Origin: a virus
Lineage: Duplodnaviria; Caudoviricetes
DNA: 55,307 nucleotides
Virus record (IMG/VR): IMGVR_UViG_3300012940_000030
Coordinates: 1-55,307 of that record
Reading direction: 5' to 3' (one strand)
The translations under genes and the position numbers were made by a program. Each line of letters begins with the position of its first letter. Positions within the stretch are counted from its first letter, which is position 1. The notes under the pieces are model-generated. The model saw nothing but the letters and a program-made list of their open reading frames with translations, made no database searches and was not told the origin of the DNA. This document shows, one piece after another, positions 28,064-36,929 of the stretch.

Positions 28064-28266
28064 CACCGACCCAGCTTAAGGAGGCCCGGCTCAGGCTGGG
28101 CCTCACCCTAGATCAAATGGCGAAGATGCTGGGGTATGAGAAAGAAAACGCTCGATCCCAGGTCCACCACATGGAAACTGGCAAGCGCCCAATCAGGCCC
28201 GCACAGCGACGGCTCGTTGAGGCCTATTCCGAGGGATATCGTCCGAAGGATTGGCCTTCAACCTAG
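28060..28266 (+). CDS. XRE-family HTH regulator
   Basis: MTPTQLKEARLRLGLTLDQMAKMLG...METGKRPI. Confidence 0.85.
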   Translation: MTPTQLKEARLRLGLTLDQMAKMLGYEKENARSQVHHMETGKRPIRPAQRRLVEAYSEGYRPKDWPST

Positions 28267-28807
28267 CTCTAGCTCCCATTCTACTCGAACGCTCCTGGGG
28301 CGTTTCCACATCCTCAATCCCAATCGTAATCGGAGTGGCCCGCCCGAATATCATCACCTCGACTTTGACCAGCCCGTCCTTGGCCCAATCGACAATTCCT
28401 GAATGGGCCGCAAACACACCGGCTTTGACGATGATTTCCGTTCCCTTCTCATACGTCTTTGACGGGGCTTTCTCTGGCTCTCTGCTGAGTTGCACAGACC
28501 ATTGGCGCATTTCATGGTTCTTGATCTGGACCGGGATGCCGTCGAACGTAACGGGGGCTTTGATCGCCCGGCAGAATGCCAGCTCGTGAAGGTCTGGCTT
28601 CTCTTGGTTGCGGGCGACGAACACGTAGCCGTTGGCTGCGATGACCTTGTGCCTAACGGTTGCCCCTATTCGACCACCCTTGCCTGAGCGCGTCTTGACG
28701 ATCTGGCGAGGTACGCAGGCATAAATCCCTCGCCGTAGGAGCTGGCGGGCTGATGATAGCTCGCGCTGTGGTTCGGTGCGGCACATGAACCATACGTGAC
28801 CCGCCAT
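28193..28807 (-). CDS. NusG-family antitermination factor (NGN + KOW)
   Basis: WFMCRTEPQRE, GYVFV, GVFAAHSGIV, VEVMIFGRATPI. Confidence 0.9.
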   Translation of the reverse strand: MAGHVWFMCRTEPQRELSSARQLLRRGIYACVPRQIVKTRSGKGGRIGATVRHKVIAANGYVFVARNQEKPDLHELAFCRAIKAPVTFDGIPVQIKNHEMRQWSVQLSREPEKAPSKTYEKGTEIIVKAGVFAAHSGIVDWAKDGLVKVEVMIFGRATPITIGIEDVETPQERSSRMGARARLKANPSDDIPRNRPQRAVAVRA

Positions 28808-28820
28808 GCACTTCCCTTCT

Positions 28821-29213
28821 CTAGTGGACCAATTCTTCGGCCATCCTCTGCGCACGCTGTACGGTCGTACGGCCCACATTGTAGGCCCTGGCAATCTCTC
28901 GCTGTGACCCAGTAGCCCGGCCCTCTGCGATGGCCTTGACGATGCTGGTGACTACCTTGCGGTCGCTCTGTGCTGGCCTCTTCGCTGGCTTGTTGGGGCG
29001 GCGCAAAGCCTTTGACTTACTGGGGTGGGCCACCTGGGGCACCGGGGCCGGTTCTGGCTCAACCTCGATGGCCCTGACGGGGAGCGGGGCCGGTGGGGCA
29101 ACGTGGCCCTCGGCTACCAGCTTCCGCACCGCCTGACTGTCCATCCAATCCTCTACGCGGGCGCACAATCTGCGAACGAATCGCTCAAATGGGCCGGGCA
29201 CATGCGAGATCAT
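28821..29213 (-). CDS. protein with C-terminal HTH
   Basis: SQREIARAYNVGRTTVQRA. Confidence 0.7.
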   Translation of the reverse strand: MISHVPGPFERFVRRLCARVEDWMDSQAVRKLVAEGHVAPPAPLPVRAIEVEPEPAPVPQVAHPSKSKALRRPNKPAKRPAQSDRKVVTSIVKAIAEGRATGSQREIARAYNVGRTTVQRAQRMAEELVH

Positions 29214-29549
29214 GATGCCCTCCCGGTTGAGACATTAGATGAACTTTCGGGGGCTAACTCACTGATCGTGTTGCATGCAAAATTATGGGTTTGCGCGGGG
29301 CGCGCGAATAGGCTCTTGTGTTCCACGAAGCCGCTCCTGCTTGCATCAGGGGTTGGACTCAATAGAGGCCCGTTGCTCTGCCAGGAGCGCGGGCCTCATT
29401 CGTTTTGGAACGCTGTACGGGGATGGCCGGGGTTTTTACTGGCGCCAATAAAAACTAGCGCTTGACAATCCGACCGACGCAAATATTGCCATACCAGTCA
29501 GTGATTTGCAAGAGCAACTTCAGATTCTACTTGACTTTGGTGCAGCGCG

Positions 29550-29852
29550 TCACTTGGCCATTTGCTTTCGCACAGCCGAGCTACGCTCTAGGTACCTATC
29601 CATGGCCGCCTGCTTCTCTGTGGTCATCGCACCTAATTCAAACACGTGAACCAGCGTGCCGCCCGAGTAGACCTTGTGCACTCCGGTCCAGTGCGGCTCA
29701 CCACCTGGGCTCCCAATAAAGAGGGTCGGTGCCTCGTCACGCGGCGCCGCTCTTAGTTCAACGTGATTGGTTGAAACGATCTTGGTGCATTCGCCATGCA
29801 CCGTCATCGACACAACCGTGATCGTGGCGTTCTTGCCTGGATTGTCCGGCAT
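29550..29852 (-). CDS. hypothetical protein
   Basis: GGAG RBS, 100 aa. Confidence 0.6.
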   Translation of the reverse strand: MPDNPGKNATITVVSMTVHGECTKIVSTNHVELRAAPRDEAPTLFIGSPGGEPHWTGVHKVYSGGTLVHVFELGAMTTEKQAAMDRYLERSSAVRKQMAK

Positions 29853-29892
29853 TCTAGATTCTCCGATTACCTCATGGTTCACTTGATGGGAC

Positions 29893-30897
29893 TCAAGCCG
29901 CCCGCGCTCCGGCGCGTGACATGAACCCAACCTGCGACTTATCCGGCGTGTCATCGCTTGTCGGCCGCCGCTCGTGCATCTTTTCTAGGCGGGCGATTGC
30001 ATCCTTGAATTCCTGCCCCAAGCACCTGACGGCGATAATCAACTCCTTGAGATGAGCAACGCTGAACCCTTCTGTTGCCGTAACCCAGCGCTCCATTTCT
30101 CCGTCTGTAAGGCTCGGCTCCTTTGCCTTCAGGTACGCCTTGCGTGCGGCTGCACTCGGCATGCCGATGTACCGCACGGTGTCGAAGCGTGACGGGCGGT
30201 CCACAAACCGCGGATCGAGCCGTTCCGGGTAGTTCGTCGATGCGACAAACACTACGTTGTCAACCTGGGCCTCGCCATCGAGTAGAGCCAGGAACTCATG
30301 CTCTCCGTAACGCACCGTCAGCGCGTCCAAGTCCTCGATGATCGCGATTAGCGGGCGCTTGGGCTCAATGGTGCGAAGCATCTGAAGCGCACCAGCAGCT
30401 AGCCCCGGCTCATCTACGAAAAGCACGACGCCTGAGAGGTCGCTGATAAGGCGCTTGACCAGGACGTGCACGGTTGAGGTTTTGCCGCTTCCCGGTGGTC
30501 CCCACAGGAGAAAGCCGCGCTTGTGAAGAAATCCCCGCTTGCGGAATTCGTCTCCGAGATTCCAGAAGTCCTGAAACTCAGAGATGATCGATGCGCTCGC
30601 GTCGTCTGGAAGCTCAATCAGGCTGTCCGTCTCGACACGCTGGCGAACGAGCACAACGCCCTTGTTGATGTCGTGCGCGGCACGATAGAGGCCAGCAGGT
30701 AGCTCGTCGTGTGTCTGCGTGGCGCCCCAGAACATGTCGTGTGATGCGGCCCACCGCTTGAGACCAGCCATAGCCTCGCGGCTCAACGTTTCCCGGGGCT
30801 GCGGCTCCGGCGCACATCCCGCCACGCTAACAGGACGGCTCGCCCGCTCCGTGGATTGCTTGGTCCCTACATGCTCGTAAAAATCCGGCTCAGCCAT
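29893..30897 (-). CDS. AAA+ ATPase
   Basis: KRGFLLWGPPGSGKT, IIEDLD, STNYPERLD, RPSRFD. Confidence 0.92.
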   Translation of the reverse strand: MAEPDFYEHVGTKQSTERASRPVSVAGCAPEPQPRETLSREAMAGLKRWAASHDMFWGATQTHDELPAGLYRAAHDINKGVVLVRQRVETDSLIELPDDASASIISEFQDFWNLGDEFRKRGFLHKRGFLLWGPPGSGKTSTVHVLVKRLISDLSGVVLFVDEPGLAAGALQMLRTIEPKRPLIAIIEDLDALTVRYGEHEFLALLDGEAQVDNVVFVASTNYPERLDPRFVDRPSRFDTVRYIGMPSAAARKAYLKAKEPSLTDGEMERWVTATEGFSVAHLKELIIAVRCLGQEFKDAIARLEKMHERRPTSDDTPDKSQVGFMSRAGARAA

Positions 30898-31093
30898 TTG
30901 CTTCCTCTGTTTCCGCCGACGCAAGCACCCTACCTTCCCACTCATCCAACCACGCTTCACGCCGTTCTTTCGTCCCGCCCATTACTCCAGCCTTTGCGGA
31001 CTGCCCCGTCTCTAGAACGATGATCCGCCATGTGGATGGGTGCCATAGAGGGTCTTCACCTTCAAAGGTGTGGCGGTGAAGGATGGTGGTCAT
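30890..31093 (-). CDS. hypothetical protein
   Basis: Coupled in operon. Confidence 0.55.
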   Translation of the reverse strand: MTTILHRHTFEGEDPLWHPSTWRIIVLETGQSAKAGVMGGTKERREAWLDEWEGRVLASAETEEANG

Positions 31094-31314
31094 GGCGCAC
31101 GTCGGTTCCTAATCCTCAACACGATAAGCTGTATCAGCGCCCGACACGTTCTGCGCTCCTGCGCCGTCATCTCGCCCATTTCCAAGAGCAAGTCCTGCAT
31201 TTCCAAGCCCTGGACCAAGGCAATGATCTGCTCCCGCTCTGATGCGCGGCCTCGCTCAAGTCCGGTGGCGTAGGCACGCACCTCTGGCTCTGAAAGCATG
31301 CGGGTCTCGCTCAC
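31090..31314 (-). CDS. hypothetical protein
   Basis: GAGG RBS; LLLEMGEMTAQERRT. Confidence 0.6.
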   Translation of the reverse strand: MSETRMLSEPEVRAYATGLERGRASEREQIIALVQGLEMQDLLLEMGEMTAQERRTCRALIQLIVLRIRNRRAP

Positions 31315-31826
31315 TTCGCCTCACCTCGTTCCATCACCGGCCGACACGGACGCGCCGACACTTCGCACCTATGAAACGTTTGCCCTACGACTTCCCCAAT
31401 TGAGGACCGAGAACACCGCTTGGCGTAGCCCTGAGCATTCGCGAGGTCCATCGCGCTCTCGCCGTGCGCCCAGCGCGTTGACTCCATCCAACTCTTCTGT
31501 GCGCTTTCCTCCGCACCAGCCTCTGTCGCCCACTGTGAGCCAACGACGGTCACGCGGTCCAAGCACTGCACATGCCGTCTCGGCTTATCATCGGCTCGGT
31601 ACAGCCTCACCTCTGGCTCTTGGCGGTGCTCCACTCGCCTGTGCCGAACCATCCGGGATTTCCGGATAGTTGCCCTACGCATCCGGTTATCACGAGCCAC
31701 GCTTGACGATTCATATGCAACACTTGAGCGTGGTCCTGCATGCCATGTGCTTAGGGACCAGTCTTCTGCGTGCGTTGATGCAGAGAACCAGACAGCGAAG
31801 AGTGCGATGGTCAGGTAGTAGCGCAT
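31311..31826 (-). CDS. secreted Cys-containing protein
   Basis: Signal peptide MRYYLTIALFAVWFSASTHA; four Cys in the C-terminal domain. Confidence 0.7.
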   Translation of the reverse strand: MRYYLTIALFAVWFSASTHAEDWSLSTWHAGPRSSVAYESSSVARDNRMRRATIRKSRMVRHRRVEHRQEPEVRLYRADDKPRRHVQCLDRVTVVGSQWATEAGAEESAQKSWMESTRWAHGESAMDLANAQGYAKRCSRSSIGEVVGQTFHRCEVSARPCRPVMERGEAK

Positions 31827-31987
31827 TAGATTATCCCGCTGCATCTAGCCAAGATCAGAGCGACAAACGACGCAACAACATGCCCACCATACCGACCGAA
31901 GAACGTCGCCACACCCGCGAGCACAATGATGAACGCAGCGAGAAGAACACCGCCTATTAGGGTGAGAGTGTCTGATGCTGTTTTCAT
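31826..31987 (-). CDS. small two-helix membrane protein
   Basis: GGAGG RBS; MKTASDTLTLIGGVLLAAFIIVL. Confidence 0.6.
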   Translation of the reverse strand: MKTASDTLTLIGGVLLAAFIIVLAGVATFFGRYGGHVVASFVALILARCSGII

Positions 31988-32028
31988 TTGAGCTTGCCTC
32001 CCTCGACAACATCCAGCTTCACGCCCTG

Positions 32029-32250
32029 TCACGACAGAACCCCATCGGAGAATTTCGGCATCTCGCGAGATAGCCACACCAGCAAATCCTCGGCGTCTAC
32101 CTCTGTGTAATTGCACCCGCCCTCGTTCATGGCGCGGACCACTAACCTTCCGCTCTTAGCGTCACGCCATAAGGTGACGGGCAGAACATCCCCGGTGTAA
32201 TCAACGCTATGCTGGCGGACCCCGTCTAGGACTGCAATCTGATGGCTCAC
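32029..32250 (-). CDS. hypothetical protein
   Basis: GTGA coupling. Confidence 0.6.
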   Translation of the reverse strand: MSHQIAVLDGVRQHSVDYTGDVLPVTLWRDAKSGRLVVRAMNEGGCNYTEVDAEDLLVWLSREMPKFSDGVLS

Positions 32251-32471
32251 TTCCCCTTCCCTCCCTCATGCACCTCAAAGTCTGGCTTCGTCCCTGGAAT
32301 GGTCCCAGCGCGTACCCATTTGAAAATTGCGTCCAGGAACTTAACGTGCTCGTCCGTGTTCGCTGCGTCCCGGATTGCGTACTCCAATGCGATGTGCTCG
32401 CGGAGCTTTCTGTCTTTCTCGGATTGAGAAAGTTCACGGGGCTTGCGGGGTGTCTTAGGTGCGGCTGCCAT
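32247..32471 (-). CDS. hypothetical protein
   Basis: GAGG RBS. Confidence 0.6.
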   Translation of the reverse strand: MAAAPKTPRKPRELSQSEKDRKLREHIALEYAIRDAANTDEHVKFLDAIFKWVRAGTIPGTKPDFEVHEGGKGK

Positions 32472-32661
32472 CTGCGACCTCAACGTTGGTTGTCCGTGAT
32501 CCGGTCAAGCGATCAACCAGCTTTGCGACGTCCCTTGGATGAATGGCCATCTTGGCCGAAATCGAAAGGTCGTCTCTAATCCAGTCATGAATAATGCTCT
32601 GCGTCTTCGCGTAGTCTTCGGCGCTTTCCAGCCCTACTAAAATCTTATTCGTGGTTGCCAT
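32455..32661 (-). CDS. hypothetical protein
   Basis: MATTNKILVGLESA. Confidence 0.55.
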   Translation of the reverse strand: MATTNKILVGLESAEDYAKTQSIIHDWIRDDLSISAKMAIHPRDVAKLVDRLTGSRTTNVEVADGSRT

Positions 32662-32872
32662 TGTCGGCGCCTTTGTGTTCCGGTCCAACTCTCGTCGGAG
32701 TAATGTCAACACACCGATACGCCACTGGATTGTACGCGCTGAGACCCAGCCGATAGAGAGCGTCGCGAGGAGACCAGCCCCATTGTTGGAAGCGCTCACC
32801 TGTCCAAAATTTGAACTCGTAAAGCCGCTCGCCTGTTGAATCGGTCACGACACATTCCCCAACTTCCTGCAC
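32645..32872 (-). CDS. hypothetical protein
   Basis: In operon, 75 aa. Confidence 0.5.
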   Translation of the reverse strand: MQEVGECVVTDSTGERLYEFKFWTGERFQQWGWSPRDALYRLGLSAYNPVAYRCVDITPTRVGPEHKGADNGNHE

Positions 32873-32906
32873 TCTACGGGTTGACCAATTTGCTCTGAGC
32901 GCTGCG

Positions 32907-33245
32907 TCATTGCTCTATCGCCCTGTCGTCCGTACCTAGCTTCTCAAGCTGGTATCCCAAGAGGAACACGACGCAGCACCCGCAATGAGCTAGATGCGCA
33001 AGACCCGTCTCTGGGTCACGGTCTTGCCCGCGCGCGAACGCGTACAGGTGCCTCATGGCCGCCCCAATCAGCCGTCGCCAGCTCATACCCTGCCGCCAGT
33101 TGTCCGCTCCGTACTTCTGCGCACCGAACGTCAGCACCTTTCCGATTTCTTCAAGGGCGCCGAAATGGAACAACTCCAGACGCACCTTCTCGGCATCGAA
33201 CTTCAGTGCCTCGCCGTTGGCCTTCGTGGAGCGTTTCATGGCCAC
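32907..33245 (-). CDS. dATP/dGTP diphosphohydrolase-domain protein (DUF5664)
   Basis: KFDAEK.RLEL, FGAQKYG.DNW..G, AAMRHL, DPETGLAHLAH. Confidence 0.88.
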   Translation of the reverse strand: MAMKRSTKANGEALKFDAEKVRLELFHFGALEEIGKVLTFGAQKYGADNWRQGMSWRRLIGAAMRHLYAFARGQDRDPETGLAHLAHCGCCVVFLLGYQLEKLGTDDRAIEQ

Positions 33246-33407
33246 ATGGTTCCTGGAATTGGGGGGATGTGTTCATCACGCGTACACGTCGGTGAGACGT
33301 GTTGAGTTTCGCGCTGATTTTTAACGGGTTCGGTCATGTTACGCGCCTCCGTCTCGTTCTGCACTGAACACGCACACTCTCGGCGTCGCGCTTCCTCCGC
33401 CTACCCC

Positions 33408-33749
33408 CTAAGCGAATACAGTTCTTCTGCGAACGTCCGAACTGCCGCACCGCCAGCTCACCTTGTTCGCGCAGAATCTTTGCAACCCCTCAATCGACAC
33501 AAGCTCATCGAACAACAGCCGGCAAATTCCTTGCAGCAGGACGACGTCCTCCAAGCGGTAGTACCGCCTTTTTCCAAGCATCAGCGGAGTCACGCACTTG
33601 AAGCGCTTTTCCCACAGGCGCAGGAGTGAATGTTCGACACCAAGACGTGACGCAACCTCACTAATCCCGTAGTACAATCGACCAGCATATAAGTCATCGG
33701 CTTGGTCACAGCCGTCATCTCGATCTGGCGTGGGGCTGAACATAATCAT
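33408..33749 (-). CDS. MerR-family HTH protein
   Basis: ISEVA..LGV..SLLRLWE..F...RRYYR.EDV. Confidence 0.85.
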   Translation of the reverse strand: MIMFSPTPDRDDGCDQADDLYAGRLYYGISEVASRLGVEHSLLRLWEKRFKCVTPLMLGKRRYYRLEDVVLLQGICRLLFDELVSIEGLQRFCANKVSWRCGSSDVRRRTVFA

Positions 33750-34789
33750 GCCGCCTTCCTCCGGTTCGGCTTGCGGGGAAGCTCTTGGCTGCGCATGGCG
33801 CGGAGGACGGCGGCGCCCTGTTTTATCGAGGGGAACAGCATGCACCGCTCGTGCTCGGGTGCGTTGGGGTCGATGATTGCAACCGCTGAGCGGAAGCGCT
33901 GGCCCTCGTGGAAGCCGTTGACTAGTGCAAAATGATCCTCGTCTTTATAGCCTCGCACGCGGCATAGATTGACTACGCGACCGCCTGGAATCTCAATGGT
34001 CTGCATCCCGCCGTAGTGGATGTGTCCGGCCGCCAGAAGGTGTGCGCCGTCTGGGTTCCAAATCGCCTCACGCAAGGGGCCATGCGTGGTGCTGTAGATG
34101 GAACGCCCCTTGAAGTCATGAGCGAAGCTGCCCCGGAACACCGCGCCGTTTGGCGTCACAAAGTCGATCTTCGCTACCCAGTCGTGAACCGGAATTTCCA
34201 CGGGCGAACTCGCGCACATGCGGCGTAGTATTTCCCCGCCCTCGTTCCATGCATCGTGGTTTCCTATGATAACGCCAGCCCACTTGATGCCAGCCTTTGT
34301 AAGAAACCACTCAGCGTACTGACGCGCCGTGGTCTGCGACGCCTCTTGTTCCCCAAACAGCCGCGCAAGGCGCCCAACCCAATTGTTGGTGGTGTCGCCT
34401 ATGTTGATTGCATACAGGCCCTGCGTTTCCTTCAGCAGGGCGATGTCATCGAGAAGCGCGGGCCAGCAACACCCATCGGCATCAAGGTGCGGGTCGCCAA
34501 TCATGGCGATGCCGTATGGCTTGGTTTCGTTGATCTTGATCTTCTGCCACGTTGCCGCCTCACGGTACTCGCGCTTGCGATTGTACCGTTCAACGCTGAG
34601 CGCAATCAGCTTGTCCACCGGCATGCGCGGGTCAGGTAGCGACGGAAACTCAATAACCGTGCGCGCCGATTTTGCGGCGGATGGCTTTGACCGCCTTAGA
34701 TGATCCTTGAACGTGCTCACGGGCATGTTGAGCGCGCGAGCCGCCGCAGCCTTGCTGCCGTAGGTTTCGTATGCTTGCGCTGGAGTCAT
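33746..34789 (-). CDS. calcineurin-like metallophosphoesterase with N-terminal HTH
   Basis: GDPH, GD..N, GNHD, H, GHIH motifs; SKAAAARALNMPVSTF. Confidence 0.88.
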   Translation of the reverse strand: MTPAQAYETYGSKAAAARALNMPVSTFKDHLRRSKPSAAKSARTVIEFPSLPDPRMPVDKLIALSVERYNRKREYREAATWQKIKINETKPYGIAMIGDPHLDADGCCWPALLDDIALLKETQGLYAINIGDTTNNWVGRLARLFGEQEASQTTARQYAEWFLTKAGIKWAGVIIGNHDAWNEGGEILRRMCASSPVEIPVHDWVAKIDFVTPNGAVFRGSFAHDFKGRSIYSTTHGPLREAIWNPDGAHLLAAGHIHYGGMQTIEIPGGRVVNLCRVRGYKDEDHFALVNGFHEGQRFRSAVAIIDPNAPEHERCMLFPSIKQGAAVLRAMRSQELPRKPNRRKAA

Positions 34790-34938
34790 GATGCCTCTGG
34801 CATATCCTTGAGCATTTCGACCGCCCATTTCTGATCGGGGCAATTCCCCGGCGCACATTCCGGGTGCGGTCGCCAGCCCTCGTCGGGCTGATTCAGCAAC
34901 TCGTGTAGGCACAGAATTTCGCTTTGATTTGTTCGCAT
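34786..34938 (-). CDS. small hypothetical protein (50 aa)
   Basis: TAATG and ATGA overlaps on both sides. Confidence 0.45.
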   Translation of the reverse strand: MRTNQSEILCLHELLNQPDEGWRPHPECAPGNCPDQKWAVEMLKDMPEAS

Positions 34939-35390
34939 TATGCCAGCTTTTTCACACCCGGTCTAAACAAACCCGCCATTTGTCCCGCATCACGTGATTG
35001 ACAATCCGAAAACAACTGATTTGCGGACTGACCGTTTTTCGCCCGCCCTTCGCGTTCCTGCCGCCACTGCTCCAGTTCCATCGCGCGGGCGAATGCATCG
35101 TTCTGGCTGGTGAAATACTCGGGGGACTCCCACTCCTGGCCCTTCACGTGCCTGGGTCTCAGAGATTGATCGTGTACCCCAGCGCCTCGCCCTGCCGCCT
35201 TGTTATGCTCCCCGCTCACGCCGCACTTCTGGCGGCAGGCTGTAACCTGTCCCTCAGTTGCTCCGGTCTCATCGGCTATTTCTCGGTCGCGTAGTCCTGC
35301 CTTTGCGAGCGAGATGATTTTCCGTTTCTGTGCCTCGGAAATTGGCGAAGCACCTTGGTTTCGTTCGGTCCGTCCGCGTGATCCGATCAT
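34938..35390 (-). CDS. HTH-domain protein
   Basis: GLRDREIADETG.T..QV...RQK; GGAGG RBS. Confidence 0.7.
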   Translation of the reverse strand: MIGSRGRTERNQGASPISEAQKRKIISLAKAGLRDREIADETGATEGQVTACRQKCGVSGEHNKAAGRGAGVHDQSLRPRHVKGQEWESPEYFTSQNDAFARAMELEQWRQEREGRAKNGQSANQLFSDCQSRDAGQMAGLFRPGVKKLA

Positions 35391-35469
35391 TTGCGTGTGG
35401 CCTCCATTTCGCGTGCGATGCGTTCCAACGCGGTAACGAGTGCGTCCCCTAGAGAAATCCAGTTATCCA

Positions 35470-36399
35470 TCAACGCAGGTCCGCCATGACAACATCGTTC
35501 CAATCGGAACCGACATCAGGCGGCAACCGAACATCCACCTGGAGCCCTTTCCCGGCGAGCTTGTGCGCGAGCGTGTAGGCGGCGGCTTGACCGGCGTACC
35601 CCGCGTCTGCGTCGCCAAATATGAGGATGTTCTTAGCCGTCACGGGCGGCTCCCACTTCACCATCGCGCCCGCACTTAGCGCCGCCCAAACCGGAACATC
35701 AAACAACTGCGCTGCGCTCAACGCAGTCTCGATGCCCTCGGCAATCCCCATCGTTTCCGCTGATCTTGACAGCCTCACCGCGCCACCGATTGGTATGGCT
35801 ACAGGAGCGAGCTTTCTAGGCTTCGGCACATTGGCCTTGTTGCCATGCTCATCCAGGAACGTGTGGTGCAGCGTCCAGGACTTCGTGTCGGGGCTGACCA
35901 TCTTCGCCACCAATGCGGGGTGGTGCGTAATGCGCCCGTCGTCGTGCCGGTACGCCGCACGATGGTTGAACCTGAGCTGCGTTGGGTAGTCCTCGATTTG
36001 CAGGCCACGGGAGCGAAGGTATTGCGATGCCACGTCGTCACCACTGAGCCGCCGCGACGCGCTCCAGAGCGACTGTATCCGCTCCATCCCGCGTTCGTTG
36101 TTCCGGGGCGCGCGCGGGGCCTCGACTGGGGACGTTCCAATCTGCTGGAGAATCCACGTGCGCGCCTCTCGGAACGATACACCTTTGACTTTCATCACGA
36201 GATCAACGCCAGTGCCTGGGCCGCACGTGTTGCAGAAGTAGGAACCGGAGCCGGTTCGGTTCGTCCACCTGTAGCGATCTTTCCCTCCACACATTGGGCA
36301 TGGCCCGTGTTTTCCATTTAGGGCTGTCGCTGGAACTCCAGCCTCAAGCAAAATGTTGCGCCAACGCCCCCGCGCAGCATCATGGATATCGTCCCGCAT
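35470..36399 (-). CDS. DNA primase (zinc-binding + Toprim)
   Basis: HGPCPMCGGKDR, CNTC, IAEGIETALS, FGDAD, DWND. Confidence 0.92.
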   Translation of the reverse strand: MRDDIHDAARGRWRNILLEAGVPATALNGKHGPCPMCGGKDRYRWTNRTGSGSYFCNTCGPGTGVDLVMKVKGVSFREARTWILQQIGTSPVEAPRAPRNNERGMERIQSLWSASRRLSGDDVASQYLRSRGLQIEDYPTQLRFNHRAAYRHDDGRITHHPALVAKMVSPDTKSWTLHHTFLDEHGNKANVPKPRKLAPVAIPIGGAVRLSRSAETMGIAEGIETALSAAQLFDVPVWAALSAGAMVKWEPPVTAKNILIFGDADAGYAGQAAAYTLAHKLAGKGLQVDVRLPPDVGSDWNDVVMADLR

Positions 36400-36929
36400 T
36401 AGAGCCGCACTCCCCCGCCGCGAATAGACGGATTAAACGCATGAAGGCGTTTCTTTGCTTGAACATATGCAGCATGCGCAGATTCAGGATCGTCAAAATA
36501 CCCAAGATGGTACGCACGATTGTTTGCGCGTATCTCCGCCCGCCACCTCTGTTTTGGCTTAAACCACACAACACCCACAAAGCCGGACTTATTGCTCTTT
36601 TTGATCGCGACGTTTTGCTGGTTTTCTCCATTCGTTGCTAAGCGCAGATTACAAATCCTGTTGTTGAGTCTATCCCCGTCCCTGTGGTCAACTTGCTGTT
36701 CTGGCCACTTCCCATGAGTCATCGCCCATGCAATCCTGTGGGCATAGTAGCGCCTGTAGGCCACCGTTACACGCCAATGACCTGTGCTATGCAAAGACCC
36801 AGCAATACGCCCCGCCCACTTCGCGTCCCACTTAGGAATGCCGCGCTTTCTCCACGTGAGAATTCCGCTTGTTGGATCATAAATTAGCCATTCATGTAGA
36901 GCGCTTATTTCAATGTTACGCTGCGCCAT
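36399..36929 (-). CDS. HNH-AP2 homing endonuclease
   Basis: YAHRIAW, VDHRDGDRLNNRICNLR, NKSGFVGV, HLGYF. Confidence 0.93.
   Translation of the reverse strand: MAQRNIEISALHEWLIYDPTSGILTWRKRGIPKWDAKWAGRIAGSLHSTGHWRVTVAYRRYYAHRIAWAMTHGKWPEQQVDHRDGDRLNNRICNLRLATNGENQQNVAIKKSNKSGFVGVVWFKPKQRWRAEIRANNRAYHLGYFDDPESAHAAYVQAKKRLHAFNPSIRGGGVRL

Noticed and set aside
32907-33245. Z-base (2-aminoadenine) genome system
   Set aside because: No purZ, datZ or polymerase visible in the window
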